Positions 63,095-64,000 of a DNA stretch of 64,000 nt are shown piece by piece; within the stretch, counting starts at the first letter, position 1, and each line of letters begins with the position of its first letter. The notes below the pieces were generated by a model that did no database searches, was not told the origin of the DNA, and saw only the letters and a list, made by a program, of their open reading frames with translations. A program made the position numbers and the translations under genes. The stretch comes from Eledone cirrhosa (taxonomy: Eukaryota), in contig OZ024740.1 in NCBI GenBank assembly GCA_964016885.1, positions 389,360,001 to 389,424,000 of the forward strand, written 5' to 3'.

Positions 63095-63435
63095 ACTAAG
63101 CTCATGGATGTTATCCATCCATCTTGCTCATGGTCTGCTTCAGGATCTCGTACCAGTTAATTTTGACCATAGAATTTGTCCAGCAATTCTTTCTTTAGAC
63201 ATTCTAACCATATGTTTGTAGTTCCAGAGCTGAGATCTCTCAATTTAGAGAAGTAGCAGCTCAACCTGGAGTGACTTCCTGATCTCTAAGCTACACAACC
63301 TATTAAGTAACATTACACCAAAGACCTTTTGGAAGAACCCTATTTCAGCTGCTTGTATTTGCAATCATATTCTTTCAGTCATTGCCCAAGATTTGCAAAC
63401 AAAGGTAAGGATAAGCATGAGCACTGAATTGAAGA
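63095..63435 (-). mobile_element. Older inverted copy of the same RTE family
   Basis: Reverse-complement similarity to 62520-62860. Confidence 0.7.
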
Positions 63436-63451
63436 TATATGCTGAATATCA

Positions 63452-63670
63452 TCCTCATCATCATTTAACGTCTATTTTCCACACTAGCATGGGTTAGATG
63501 GCTTGTCCCATTTGAGACAAGTCAGGTCAGATGACTGTGTCTTCCTTATACAGAACTGTTTCTGGCTTGGTTTCTACGGATGTATGCCCTTCCTAATACC
63601 AACCACATTTACCATGTGTGCTGGGTGCTTTTTATCATGTCACCTACACAACCACTTTACAGTGTGGATC
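63452..63670 (-). mobile_element. RTE family A / SINE-like tail fragment
   Basis: (CAT)n, CCACACTAGCATGGGTTAGA, ATGCCCTTCCTAA.ACCAACCAC. Confidence 0.75.
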
Positions 63671-64000
63671 AAAATCTGCAATAGGCTATCATTTTATCCT
63701 AGTAGTGTGATAATCTTGTTACCACTGCTTTGTGCTTCAAAACTTATCACAATGTCTATTCTGGTCAAACCAATTTAAATTCTTTTCTAATTTACCAGTA
63801 GAGATTTCAAACAGAGAAAGATAATACACCAGTTTAGTCATTCTTGAAATGAGAGACAAAATAGTCACAAAAAGCAAATATAATATTTGGTAGCATTTGG
63901 GTGAAAATGAAAAAATTCAATAATTGATATTTTTATTATATTTGATTTCTTTTTTTTTTTTTTTTGTTTCATATTTTTTTAGTTATTATTCAATGGGATT

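Noticed and set aside
63940-64000. Next FBXO38 exon after a strong polypyrimidine tract and ag at 63982
   Set aside because: Only 18 nt are visible, and the phase-0 reading (LLFNGI) does not match the expected AV.LYLR continuation.

Overview
Eukaryotic (animal) genomic DNA: AT-rich, spliceosomal introns, dense (TA)n/(CA)n microsatellites and retroelements. The repeat complement (RTE, CR1, Dong/R4 and CRE LINEs, tRNA-derived SINEs, Penelope-like elements) suggests a mollusc, probably an octopus; this is inference, not verified. Two host genes are supported, both on the + strand. NUBPL/Ind1 (mitochondrial Mrp/NBP35-family Fe-S carrier) has nine coding exons traced at 27065-41784, but its first exon is unresolved. 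An FBXO38-like F-box gene has its first coding exon at 54410-54688. Most of the rest is transposon-derived. The most notable signal is a recurring set of Penelope-like elements (PLEs) and short non-coding foldback elements sitting in (TA)n tracts. They carry minimal type-I hammerhead ribozyme motifs: complete at 50346-50412 (+, with a mirror copy on -) and 59786-59828 (-), a core variant at 13335-13445/10746-10859, and a stem-I-less core at 10514. Two foldbacks appear to turn at a hammerhead stem II. Other points of interest: a near-identical inverted CR1 pair bracketing three NUBPL exons, a partial duplication of the NUBPL CxxC exon, a satellite built from a mariner-type MITE, and an unexplained 1-kb foldback element. 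All coordinates were read by eye; repeat boundaries are approximate.
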